From the NCBI GenBank assembly GCA_964291315.2, contig OZ219753.1, positions 2,752,001-2,816,000 of the forward strand: DNA of 64,000 nucleotides, read 5' to 3'. The position numbers were made by a program, and so were the translations under genes. Shown piece by piece: positions 10,920 through 20,146 of the stretch. This DNA comes from Candidatus Poribacteria bacterium. Lineage in GTDB: Bacteria; Poribacteria; WGA-4E; WGA-3G. Within the stretch, counting starts at the first letter, position 1; each line of letters begins with the position of its first letter. The notes beneath the pieces are model-generated. The model saw only the letters and a program-made list of their open reading frames with translations. It was not told the DNA's origin and ran no database searches.

Positions 10920-13900
10920 ATGTCAGATCCTTTTGAGACTTACAAACGGCTCCGTGAGGGGTACATCCGCTATATCGAGACGGCTATGAGCTTCAACAGT
11001 GAAGAGCTAGAAGAAGAACGTAGAAAGTTACTGAAGAAAAACGGATTGCTTTTTCAAGAACCTCGCTTTGAACCAATTTTCCCTTATCCTTCCTCAGGCA
11101 AAACATTGTCTCAGTTATGCACGGATTTAAAACTACCCGCAGAACTTGGAGAATTTCTTGCAGTAGGAGGTAAAGACGGGCTTGCTCCAATAGACCGCAC
11201 ACTCTATGAACATCAGGCAGAAGCAATCAAAACATCAGTTGTTGATGGTGAGGATGTCGTTGTTACAACTGGCACCGGTTCTGGAAAAACAGAATGTTTT
11301 TTGTTGCCAATCTTCAGCTATCTTATCAAGGAGTCCCGAAACTGGGACGTTTACGGAGAAAGAAAATCACGTCTCTGGTGGCAAAAAACCCAGTCAAAGC
11401 GTATTCCACAGCGGGAGGGCGAAAACCGCCCCGCCGCTATCCGTGCGTTAATTTTGTATCCGCTCAATGCACTTGTAGAAGATCAACTTATGCGACTCCG
11501 GCGTGCTTGTGATAGTCCAGAGGGACATCAATGGCTTAGAAACAACAGAGGCGATAACCGGTTCTACTTCGGGCGGTATACCGGTTTGACACCTGTAACA
11601 GGAGAAGAAAAAAGTGAAAACGCCCGAAAACTCCGGTACCGACTTGAGAAACTACAGAAGCAAGCTGAAAAAGCTAAAGAAACCAAGGAAACACGCTATT
11701 TCTTCCCATCCGCTGATCCTGACGCGTCTGAGATGTGGTCGCGTTGGGATATGCAAGATCATCCACCTGACATTTTAATCACAAACTATTCAATGTTGAA
11801 CATCATGCTCACCCGTGATTTGGAGCAATCAATCTTTGAAAAGACTAGGGAATGGCTAGAAGAACCAGAGAGTGTTTTCCATCTGGTTATTGATGAACTT
11901 CATTCCTACCGCGGCACAGCGGGTTCGGAAGTGGCTTATCTGCTTCGAACCCTATTTAACCGGCTCAACCTTGACCCTAATTCACCTAAATTACGTATCA
12001 TTGCGTCAAGTGCATCCCTTGAAGACGGTGAAGGTCGCAAATACCTTCATCAATTTTTCGCACGACAGAAAGATTTTAAAATCATTGCTTCGCCTCCACA
12101 CCCTGATAAAAATGATGAACTTGAGGAGTGCCTCAAACACGCAAAAGACTTTGAAACATTTAATTCAAATGGCGAGTCCGCTCATTTTGAAGATCTTTCA
12201 AAAGAGTGCGTCAAATCTGCCGTAGCACAACTTTGTAACCGTAACGGTAGGTTGCACGCCTCAACGATTGAAGATATGCATGAGGCTGCAAACAAAGTTG
12301 CTGCGACACCGGTTTCCAAGAGCGCTCTCCGTGGACTAATTCAGTACTTGATTCAACAGAAGGATGAAGCAAATACAGAGAAAGCTCTGTTGCCACTCAG
12401 AGTGCATTATTTCTTTAAAAACTTTGAGGGATTATGGGCATGTAGCAATTCAGACTGCCAATCCCGGAGTTCTAAAAGGTCGATCGGCAAACTGTTTGCT
12501 AATAGACGTGTTTTATGTGATGCGTGTGGTTCACGAGTCTTAGAATTGTTAACTTGCGAAACGTGTGGAGACATTTTCCTCGGAGGATACAAACACAAAA
12601 TATCGGAAGGTGAACAAGGTTGGTACCTCAGTAGTGATTATCAAGATTTATTGGGCCTGCCTGAAAAAGGGGTTAGAGATCGGAACTATGATACTTATGC
12701 CATTTTTTGGAAGAACACACAAGACCCAGCTAAAAAGAAAGCTTGGACAAAAAATGGTATTAAAAGACAGTGGGCTTCTGCTGAACTTTCACATTCGGAT
12801 GGAAGGCTGATTCCGGATACCTCGTCTAAGTCCAATGGTTATTACTACAAAATTAATGATTCAGAGGATTGGTGCTCGGAAATTCCTAAGTTTTGTCCCA
12901 ACTGTGGTGATCTACGAGATTACAAATCGGAAAAAAATCTTATCAACGGAAAAGAACAGGCACCTTCCATAATCCGAACTAGTAGGACTGGTTTGCAAAA
13001 AATAATCCAAATTTTCACCCAAACCTTGCAAACGACTGTCAAAGAGCAATCAGATCGAAAGACAATTATCTTTTCTGATAGTCGGCAGGACGCTGCAAAA
13101 TATGCAGTGGGTATTCAATGGTCTCACTATCAGGATATGATCCGACTCATTGCTATCGAAGCAATGAAAGAACAAGTAAAAGATGATGACTTGGAATTCC
13201 TCCAAATGTTCGAAGCTGGTAAAGACGATTTCCGCACTGCCCGAGAGGTAGCCCGCAATCTACGAGAGGTAATCCGTAATCTAGTTGAGAAATATTCTGA
13301 TCATAAGGAATTATTTTATTCTATTGAGGACGCTTTCGATGATGGAAAGCCTTTAACGCTTGAGCAAAAAGAGGGGCTTTCTGAACTGGGAGGCAACTAT
13401 CCGTTCACGGTTCTTCAGGATGCTTGCTTTGATGCTTTTATCAATCTCGGTATGAATCCTGGAGGCTACGGTAAAGATGTGGAAATTTCTTGGGAAAAGG
13501 GTCGGCGAAATACACTGATTCAGCATAAATGGGAAGAAATATTCAAATGGGATGAAGATCCTATATCAGCACGCCAGCTACGTCTGCTTGAAGAGCATCA
13601 ACGACAGCTTTTGATGAATATCCAAGCGGAATTAAAAAGAATGATAACGGAACAGCTTCTGTTTGCACAAAGAGATATGGGATTAGAAGGGCTTGGACTC
13701 GCTTGGTGTGAACCGGAAACTAATTCGGACAAATGGCGAATTCAGGGAATTGATGTTTCTGAAATGATGTCCGCTGTTACCCGAATCCTTGCTGAACGTA
13801 GACGTACAAGGATTTACCGCCCATATACTGACGAAGAGAAAACGCCAGATTTTCTCCGAGCCTACATCCGGAAATCGGCGACACAAATTAGATACCATGC

Positions 13901-16376
13901 TGATGAACTCATTAGAGCAGTTGAGGAACAACTAGAATTATCAGAGAGTTTTGAAAACGGCTTTGTCCTTGTTGAAAAACTTAATCTTCGCCTTTCACAA
14001 GGAAACACGATCTTCCGATGTTCCAAATGCCGGCGCAAGCATCTCTACGAAGCAAGTAGGATTTGCACAAACACAGTGTGCTTGGGAAAATTGGAGGAAA
14101 TTAATAGAGACGAAGACACTTTTGAAAAATACGGTAACTATTATGCCAATCAGGCGAATTCAGGTATACAACGGTACCGTTTCCATTGTGAAGAATTGAG
14201 TGCACAAACGGATTCAGAGGAACGCCCAAACCGTCAACGGTGGTTCCAGGGGGTAATTCTAGACGATGAGAACCTGCGAACGGATGAAATAGATCTCCTT
14301 AGCGTAACAACAACGATGGAAGCAGGTGTTGATATTGGCGCTCTCTCGCTAGTTTTGTTAGGGAACGTTCCTCCACAACGTTTCAACTATCAACAGCGCG
14401 TCGGACGCGCTGGACGGCGCGGGGAACCAGTAGCATACTCTTTGACGCTCTGCAGTCTTAGAACCCATGATGATCACTACTTCTCCCATACAGGTGAAAT
14501 TACAAATACTCCAACCCCCTCACCTTATTTGGACCTCCGGAGCCGAGACATTATCAAAAGAGTACTAGCCAAGGAAGTTCTGTTCCACGCTCTCCCGAGA
14601 CACTCGATTGAAACTTCAAAGGAGAGAAACGTCCATGGTGCATTTGGAAAAGTCTCCGGTTGGGCCACTAACCGCGAGAAGCTCTCTGAATGGATCAAGA
14701 CTCAACAAGGGCAGATTCAGCAAATCGTGCGTGTGCTCACTGCGCAAACAGAACCAAATATCCAAAATGGGACAGACGCACTGACAAACTGGATTACTAA
14801 CAAACTTGAAACCGCAATTAACGAGTGCGTCGAGAATCATGAGCATGAAGATGATGATTTAAGCCAGGTCCTTGCGGAATCTGGTTTATTACCTATGTTT
14901 GGATTTCCAACAGGTGTGCGTTTATTGTATCATCAACGACCTCTTAGTTCTAATTGGCCTCCAACATCAGGGGTTGTTGACCGCGACATTGAACTAGCGA
15001 TCAGCCAATTTGCGCCGGGCTCGGAAACCATCAAGGATAAAAAAATCCATACATCAATAGGTCTTGTATCCTATAAACGAGAACAAAACCGAATCGTGAC
15101 CGATAAAGGTATAGCGCAGGAAAAAACGATAGGTTTTTGTGAAAACTGCAAAGCCGTTTTTGAGAATGCTGACAAAGATGAAAATACTTGTGAAATTTGT
15201 GGAGATAGCAAATATAAGCCAATTCGAGGGATTGAGCCAAAGGGTTTCCTATCTAATTTTGATAAACCTGCTGATGCCCATGAATCTTTCAATTGGACAC
15301 CGCGCTCAACATATTCTCGCTTACCTTCGGACGTACTTAAAAACAACCTGAAACACGAGCACAATTTCCTATGGGATACAGCAGACAAATTAAAATTGCT
15401 TTCAATTAACACCAACAGCGGCCGGTTGTTTACTCTGCAAAAAAAGCGAAATAGCCAAGCACTTGTATCTCCTGAAGTTTGCAAGGAATTGGATTTAGAA
15501 ATCGATTTCGAAGGGGAACCATCCAAAGCCGCACTTTACGCTGCTAAGACCACAGATGTTTTGCTAATCGAAGTTAACGAAATTCCAATAGGTATTCTCC
15601 AAAATCAAGGGAAAGAATATTGGCGAGCTGCCCTTTATTCTTTCGGGTTCTTGTTCCGTCAATTTGTGGCGAGTCAATTGGATATATCGCCTGACGAGCT
15701 ACGAGTTGAGCTTCGTCCTATGCAGGTAGAAGAGGGAACATATAAACAACAAATCTTCATCGCCGACGCTTTGGCCAATGGAGCCGGATATTGCCGTCAT
15801 ATAGGTGAAGCTGGTGAAAATGAAGAACCATTCCGATTAATGCAATACCTACGCAATATGGTTGATCCCAATCACAATTTCGCAAAAGGGTTCATCGAAC
15901 ATGGAAATGACTGCGATTCATCTTGCTATAACAGAGGTTGCATGCGTGACTACTTCAATATGCCTTACCATCCGTTTCTAGATTGGAGGCTGGGGCTTGA
16001 TGTGACAAAACTGTGTCTTGACAAAAACTATCAGATGGATCTTCAAAAAGACTATTGGATTTCTCTTACAGACATAATTGAAAAAAACTTCATTGAGCTT
16101 TTTCCGAATCTTAAACGTAACGATCGTAACGGAGTGCATGTTTTTGAGGATGAAGCAGAGGGGAGAGCTTTTATCTTACATCATCCTTTGGCTGCAAGCG
16201 GAGATCGTGCAGGGCCAAACATCAAATTCGCTATTGTTGATCTTGAAGAATCTGGATTCAAAGTAGAATATATTAACATTTTCGATGCCATTCGTAGGGT
16301 TAGTGTTGTAATAAATATTATGAGTCCCCGAGGTGGGTCTGGTTTTCTAGCCGCGCCTGTCACGATGTCTAAGTAA
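10920..16376 (+). CDS. Large SF2 DEAD/DEAH-box helicase with DUF1998 (DruE-like), 1818 aa
   Basis: LYEHQ, TGTGSGKT, YPLNALVEDQ, TNYSMLN, DELH, SAS, TTTMEAGVDIG, QQRVGRAGRR; several CxxC zinc motifs; C-terminal DALANGAGY...CDSSCY...C (DUF1998). Confidence 0.9.
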   Translation: MSDPFETYKRLREGYIRYIETAMSFNSEELEEERRKLLKKNGLLFQEPRFEPIFPYPSSGKTLSQLCTDLKLPAELGEFLAVGGKDGLAPIDRTLYEHQAEAIKTSVVDGEDVVVTTGTGSGKTECFLLPIFSYLIKESRNWDVYGERKSRLWWQKTQSKRIPQREGENRPAAIRALILYPLNALVEDQLMRLRRACDSPEGHQWLRNNRGDNRFYFGRYTGLTPVTGEEKSENARKLRYRLEKLQKQAEKAKETKETRYFFPSADPDASEMWSRWDMQDHPPDILITNYSMLNIMLTRDLEQSIFEKTREWLEEPESVFHLVIDELHSYRGTAGSEVAYLLRTLFNRLNLDPNSPKLRIIASSASLEDGEGRKYLHQFFARQKDFKIIASPPHPDKNDELEECLKHAKDFETFNSNGESAHFEDLSKECVKSAVAQLCNRNGRLHASTIEDMHEAANKVAATPVSKSALRGLIQYLIQQKDEANTEKALLPLRVHYFFKNFEGLWACSNSDCQSRSSKRSIGKLFANRRVLCDACGSRVLELLTCETCGDIFLGGYKHKISEGEQGWYLSSDYQDLLGLPEKGVRDRNYDTYAIFWKNTQDPAKKKAWTKNGIKRQWASAELSHSDGRLIPDTSSKSNGYYYKINDSEDWCSEIPKFCPNCGDLRDYKSEKNLINGKEQAPSIIRTSRTGLQKIIQIFTQTLQTTVKEQSDRKTIIFSDSRQDAAKYAVGIQWSHYQDMIRLIAIEAMKEQVKDDDLEFLQMFEAGKDDFRTAREVARNLREVIRNLVEKYSDHKELFYSIEDAFDDGKPLTLEQKEGLSELGGNYPFTVLQDACFDAFINLGMNPGGYGKDVEISWEKGRRNTLIQHKWEEIFKWDEDPISARQLRLLEEHQRQLLMNIQAELKRMITEQLLFAQRDMGLEGLGLAWCEPETNSDKWRIQGIDVSEMMSAVTRILAERRRTRIYRPYTDEEKTPDFLRAYIRKSATQIRYHADELIRAVEEQLELSESFENGFVLVEKLNLRLSQGNTIFRCSKCRRKHLYEASRICTNTVCLGKLEEINRDEDTFEKYGNYYANQANSGIQRYRFHCEELSAQTDSEERPNRQRWFQGVILDDENLRTDEIDLLSVTTTMEAGVDIGALSLVLLGNVPPQRFNYQQRVGRAGRRGEPVAYSLTLCSLRTHDDHYFSHTGEITNTPTPSPYLDLRSRDIIKRVLAKEVLFHALPRHSIETSKERNVHGAFGKVSGWATNREKLSEWIKTQQGQIQQIVRVLTAQTEPNIQNGTDALTNWITNKLETAINECVENHEHEDDDLSQVLAESGLLPMFGFPTGVRLLYHQRPLSSNWPPTSGVVDRDIELAISQFAPGSETIKDKKIHTSIGLVSYKREQNRIVTDKGIAQEKTIGFCENCKAVFENADKDENTCEICGDSKYKPIRGIEPKGFLSNFDKPADAHESFNWTPRSTYSRLPSDVLKNNLKHEHNFLWDTADKLKLLSINTNSGRLFTLQKKRNSQALVSPEVCKELDLEIDFEGEPSKAALYAAKTTDVLLIEVNEIPIGILQNQGKEYWRAALYSFGFLFRQFVASQLDISPDELRVELRPMQVEEGTYKQQIFIADALANGAGYCRHIGEAGENEEPFRLMQYLRNMVDPNHNFAKGFIEHGNDCDSSCYNRGCMRDYFNMPYHPFLDWRLGLDVTKLCLDKNYQMDLQKDYWISLTDIIEKNFIELFPNLKRNDRNGVHVFEDEAEGRAFILHHPLAASGDRAGPNIKFAIVDLEESGFKVEYINIFDAIRRVSVVINIMSPRGGSGFLAAPVTMSK

Positions 16377-16408
16377 TTTTAAAACGTATTATAAAAGGGA
16401 GATTTTCC

Positions 16409-17446
16409 ATGTATAAAACAGCGATGTTAGGGTGCGGTGGTCGCGCCCGTGCCCATGCAGATGCGTATCGTTTCGTCAAAAACGGCAAACTTGCCGCAAT
16501 CTGTGATATGAATACCGAGCTTCTGAACAAATTCGGAGATGATTTCGGTATTTCTTCACGCTACAGCGATCTGGATGTGATGCTTGAAAAGGAAAAACCG
16601 GACGTGCTTCACATCGTTACGGCCCCGGTGTTGAGAGGTAGCAACGAGCGAATTCGCTATTCGCTCATGAAGCAAGCTTCTGACCACGGGGTGCCAGCAG
16701 CGATTATCGAAAAACCGATCGCTGTTGAAAGCGAAGATTGGCGGCAGATCGCAGGATTAGCGGAAGAAACGAAAACCAAGTTTGTCGTCAATACACAGCT
16801 TAACTTCCATCCGCAAAATCTGGAATTGAAGCGGGATGTTGCAGAGGGGCGCATTGGAGACATCAAGTTCATCGATGCGAGCGCACGCAGCACTCCGGTC
16901 GATCAAGGTCCACATGTGCTGCAATTGGTATCTTCCTATATTGACAATTCTCGGCCAACGCGGGTGCTGGGACAGATTTCGGGAAGCGAGCAGCTAGATT
17001 CGGCGCAACCGTCTCCGCAATATGCTAGTGCTCGCGTTCAGTACGAGAACGGGCTGCATGTGTCTGTTGCCTTTGGGACAGCGATCGCGCCAGCTGCGTC
17101 CGATGATCCTGGTATTTTTTGCCACAAACGCGTTTTTGTCATTGGAACGGATGGATTTGTGCATTGGCGGTTCAGCAATTGGGAGCGTTCAACCCGAGAG
17201 CGTGGCTACGAAAGCGGTCTGCTTAACTACGGAGAGCAGGATGTTGTGGCACAAGGGAACCTCACGGAGGCTGTTTTTGACTGGCTTGATAATGAGAGCA
17301 AGGTACATCCGACACACCTCAAGCAATCTCTTGCAGAGTTCAACCTCCTTTTGGGAATTTATTATAGCGGTATCACAAACGAGGTGATTGAGCTCCCGTT
17401 TGATCCACCCGATAAATTGATGGATTCGCTGAGAGCGAAGTTGTAG
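16409..17446 (+). CDS. Gfo/Idh/MocA family oxidoreductase
   Basis: GCGGRA Rossmann motif, IIEKPIA, DQGPH. Confidence 0.88.
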   Translation: MYKTAMLGCGGRARAHADAYRFVKNGKLAAICDMNTELLNKFGDDFGISSRYSDLDVMLEKEKPDVLHIVTAPVLRGSNERIRYSLMKQASDHGVPAAIIEKPIAVESEDWRQIAGLAEETKTKFVVNTQLNFHPQNLELKRDVAEGRIGDIKFIDASARSTPVDQGPHVLQLVSSYIDNSRPTRVLGQISGSEQLDSAQPSPQYASARVQYENGLHVSVAFGTAIAPAASDDPGIFCHKRVFVIGTDGFVHWRFSNWERSTRERGYESGLLNYGEQDVVAQGNLTEAVFDWLDNESKVHPTHLKQSLAEFNLLLGIYYSGITNEVIELPFDPPDKLMDSLRAKL

Positions 17447-17566
17447 CCGGTGCTTTGTCCTTTCATTATTTAACCGAGAGGCGTTTGGACACCTTGTGTG
17501 GTGGAAGCTACTGATCGGTTGCGAGTAACGGCTGTAACAACTCCTAAACGGGCAGAGATGTTAATC

Positions 17567-17604
17567 CTAGGATGGAAACAGTGGAATGCCTGTTTCCGTC
17601 CTAG
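17567..17604. repeat. 15-bp inverted repeat / hairpin
   Basis: CTAGGATGGAAACAG-N8-CTGTTTCCGTCCTAG (one G-U pair). Confidence 0.7.
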
Positions 17605-17779
17605 ACTCCTAAAAAGGAGATTTCTCAGGCTCCGTTTTACTACTAAGGAACTCAATAGAGAACCAATGACAATGGATGAGGTTAGCGCTTTATAGGAGCC
17701 GATAATAGTTTTCAACCGGTGGCATCCCGGCAAATCTGAAAACCTAACTTCTAATTTTTCCGTTTTAAAAATAAGGTGC

Positions 17780-17808
17780 TTAACACAGTGAATGTTTTAT
17801 GATATAGT
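17780..17808 (+). promoter_or_regulatory. Promoter upstream of leader ORF / FGE gene
   Basis: TTAACA-N17-TATAGT with extended -10 TG. Confidence 0.55.
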
Positions 17809-17845
17809 ATTAAAAAAGTATAGAACTTAAGGAGAGAAATAATCT

Positions 17846-17980
17846 ATGAAAGTTTTAGACACTTATACTTCCGTTGAGATTTCGAGAGGGTTTAGCGAAG
17901 ATTTCCCTCCGCGGTGCCCTTTGCATCGGCTAAATTCTGTTGTCGGGTTATTTTTTAATAAGCATCACCCCCCCCTTTAA
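17846..17980 (+). CDS. 44-aa leader ORF containing a C8 tract (out of frame with the downstream FGE gene)
   Basis: AAGGAG RBS, then ATG 17846; MKVLDTYTSVEISRGF...NKHHPPL*; C8 at 17968-17975. Confidence 0.6.
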   Translation: MKVLDTYTSVEISRGFSEDFPPRCPLHRLNSVVGLFFNKHHPPL

Positions 17981-18042
17981 CTTCACAAATAACAAGCAAT
18001 AAATATACATCTGTGTATCTTCACAGAGAAAAGAAGCATAAA

Positions 18043-19899
18043 ATGAAAAGAACATTAGTGGTTTTTTCCGTGCTTGCCGCGTTTATGTTTGCAAGCGCCC
18101 CGTTCGCAGCGGCAGAATGGCAAGAGAACATGGTAACCAATAACACGCTTGAAGAGATCTATGTGATCAAGAGCACCTGGCAGGCAGCAGATGATAACAA
18201 AGGTATCCCTGCAGGGTTCTGGACGCGCGGCTCTTACCGGCTTGCTCCCGGGAAGTCTAGGATTTTCCATTCCTGGGACACCAACAGCATCTATTTCCGT
18301 ATTTCAAACGCACAGGGTGCGATAAAAGCGAACAGCGGCACGACGGCTTTTGCGTTCTGGTCTCATCCGGGTCGCTCCTTCCGCGTTGTCTCACAGACGT
18401 TCGATGCCTCTGTGACGACGGATCAGCTGCTCTACTCTGATCGTTCGCCGGGTCAGTTGGCTCAATTGGAGGGATTTGTCAGCTATACAGGCGGCTCGGC
18501 AGTGGTTGTCACTCCGACGTGGGTGTCGCTAGATGGACAGCCGACTGCTCCGCCGAATGACGAACTCGGAGACGATGGGGGTCGGCCTGGTGAAGATGTT
18601 GCGCCGCCTGCGTGGGTAGCGAGCGTGATAACAAATGCCACGGAAGCCGACCTATATGTAGTCTACGCGACGTGGAAGTTGGAGAACTCGAAGAAAGGGT
18701 ATCCGGAGGGATTTCGGACGCGCGGCACGTATCGCATTCGTTCAGGGAAGGGGCGCGTATTTCATGCCTGGGCGGATAACGAGATCTATTTTCGGATTGC
18801 CAATGCTGCGGGAGCGTTAAAACCGGAGGCGAGCTCGGAGACGTTTGGGTTCTGGTTGCATCCGAGTCGTTCGTTTCGGCTGGTCTCGGATCAGATTTCT
18901 GCGACTGTAGCCACGTCAAGCTTGAGTTACTCGGATCGTTCGGTGTCGAAGTTAGAGCGTTCGGATGGCTTTATGGTGTATGAGAGCGGTTCTGACGTGA
19001 CGGTGACTGCTGATTGGGTGCCGGTCTCTCCTGTTGAGGTCGGGAATAATGGTAACGGGAATGAGGGTGACGATGGCGCTCCACCGCCTCCCAAAACCCC
19101 AACCCCGCCAAAAACCCCAGTAGTTCCTGCAGGCATGGTGTTGATCCCTGCAGGCACCTTCCAGATGGGCAGCACTATAGGCGATGCAGATGAAAGCCCC
19201 GTCCACGCTGTGTCTTTAGACGCATTTTATATGGATACACACGAAGTGACAAACGCAGAATACGTCGCGTTTCTCAATGCGGCCAAATACACAGATATCC
19301 TTACTTATGCGGTTACCCCTCAGGCCAGTTGGGCACACATTGCATTAGTAGATGGTGTGTATCGTGCGAAGGCGGGGTATGCGAATCGTCCCGTTGTTCA
19401 TGTGAATTGGTATGGTGCGATGGCGTATGCTGCGTGGGCAGGAAAACGACTCCCCACCGAGGCAGAGTGGGAGTATGCCGCCCGAGGCGGGTTAGCTGGA
19501 AAGGAATATCCCTGGGGAAACACCATAGATAAAACCAAGGCGAACTATAACTATGATGACAGCTTCGGCGATGGTTTGACGGCAGTCGGTAGTTATCCGG
19601 CGAATGGGTATGGTCTGTATGATATGGTAGGTAATGTCTGGGAGTGGTGTCTGGATGCGTATGATAGGGAGTTCTATGCGAAATCTGCTGCCGAGAACCC
19701 GTTATCGGGTGGTTCCAGTATTCAGTGGTTATTAGATAACTACCCAGACCGCGCCTTGCGTGACACTTACCGCGTCTTGCGTGGCGGCTCCTGGCGCACT
19801 TCAGCCCAGGATGTGCGGGTCGCCCAACGCGTCTACAATGCGCCCAGTTTCTTGGGCCCCTTTAATGGGTTCCGTTGTGTGAAGTCAGTGTCTCCTTGA
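18043..19899 (+). CDS. Secreted FGE-sulfatase (SUMF1/CLec-fold) domain protein with two tandem N-terminal beta domains
   Basis: Signal peptide MKRTLVVF...AAA; two approximately 150-aa repeats; Pro-rich linker; MVLIPAGTFQMG, EVTNAEY, RLPTEAEWEYAARGG, NGYGLYDMVGNVWEW, RGGSW, GFRCV. Confidence 0.9.
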   Translation: MKRTLVVFSVLAAFMFASAPFAAAEWQENMVTNNTLEEIYVIKSTWQAADDNKGIPAGFWTRGSYRLAPGKSRIFHSWDTNSIYFRISNAQGAIKANSGTTAFAFWSHPGRSFRVVSQTFDASVTTDQLLYSDRSPGQLAQLEGFVSYTGGSAVVVTPTWVSLDGQPTAPPNDELGDDGGRPGEDVAPPAWVASVITNATEADLYVVYATWKLENSKKGYPEGFRTRGTYRIRSGKGRVFHAWADNEIYFRIANAAGALKPEASSETFGFWLHPSRSFRLVSDQISATVATSSLSYSDRSVSKLERSDGFMVYESGSDVTVTADWVPVSPVEVGNNGNGNEGDDGAPPPPKTPTPPKTPVVPAGMVLIPAGTFQMGSTIGDADESPVHAVSLDAFYMDTHEVTNAEYVAFLNAAKYTDILTYAVTPQASWAHIALVDGVYRAKAGYANRPVVHVNWYGAMAYAAWAGKRLPTEAEWEYAARGGLAGKEYPWGNTIDKTKANYNYDDSFGDGLTAVGSYPANGYGLYDMVGNVWEWCLDAYDREFYAKSAAENPLSGGSSIQWLLDNYPDRALRDTYRVLRGGSWRTSAQDVRVAQRVYNAPSFLGPFNGFRCVKSVSP

Positions 19900-19915
19900 A
19901 GCTTTATTGCTGAAT

Positions 19916-19939
19916 GCGATTTATCTTGAGATAAATCGC
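19916..19939. repeat. Perfect palindromic hairpin 16 nt after the FGE stop codon
   Basis: GCGATTTATC-TTGA-GATAAATCGC. Confidence 0.8.
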
Positions 19940-19964
19940 TGAAAGGCACTAAAGATACAAACCA

Positions 19965-20013
19965 GGGCGTGATAGCGGTTAGGCTTTTGCTGACGGCTCT
20001 CACGCCCGTTTTT
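19965..20013 (+). terminator. Hairpin/terminator conserved with the paralog at 59392-59419
   Basis: GGGCGTGA...TCACGCCC followed by GTTTTT. Confidence 0.65.
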
Positions 20014-20146
20014 ATTGCTGGATACGCTAAATCTAGCGAATCATAGGTAAGGTTGACAAGCGTATCAAATCCAGATAAAATCGTTGACATCAGCGCTATA
20101 TGTCAACTATAATTGCCTAAAATCGTTAGAAAGATAGGTTTAAGTT

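Noticed and set aside
10920-16376. DISARM DrmA/DrmB or Dpd assignment for the helicase
   Set aside because: Helicase and DUF1998 are fused in one 1818-aa protein, with no adjacent DrmC/PLD, methyltransferase or dpdA; DruE-like fits better
17498-17695. 65-aa ORF (and antisense 17470-17733)
   Set aside because: No RBS or recognisable domain; the region is better explained as structured non-coding DNA
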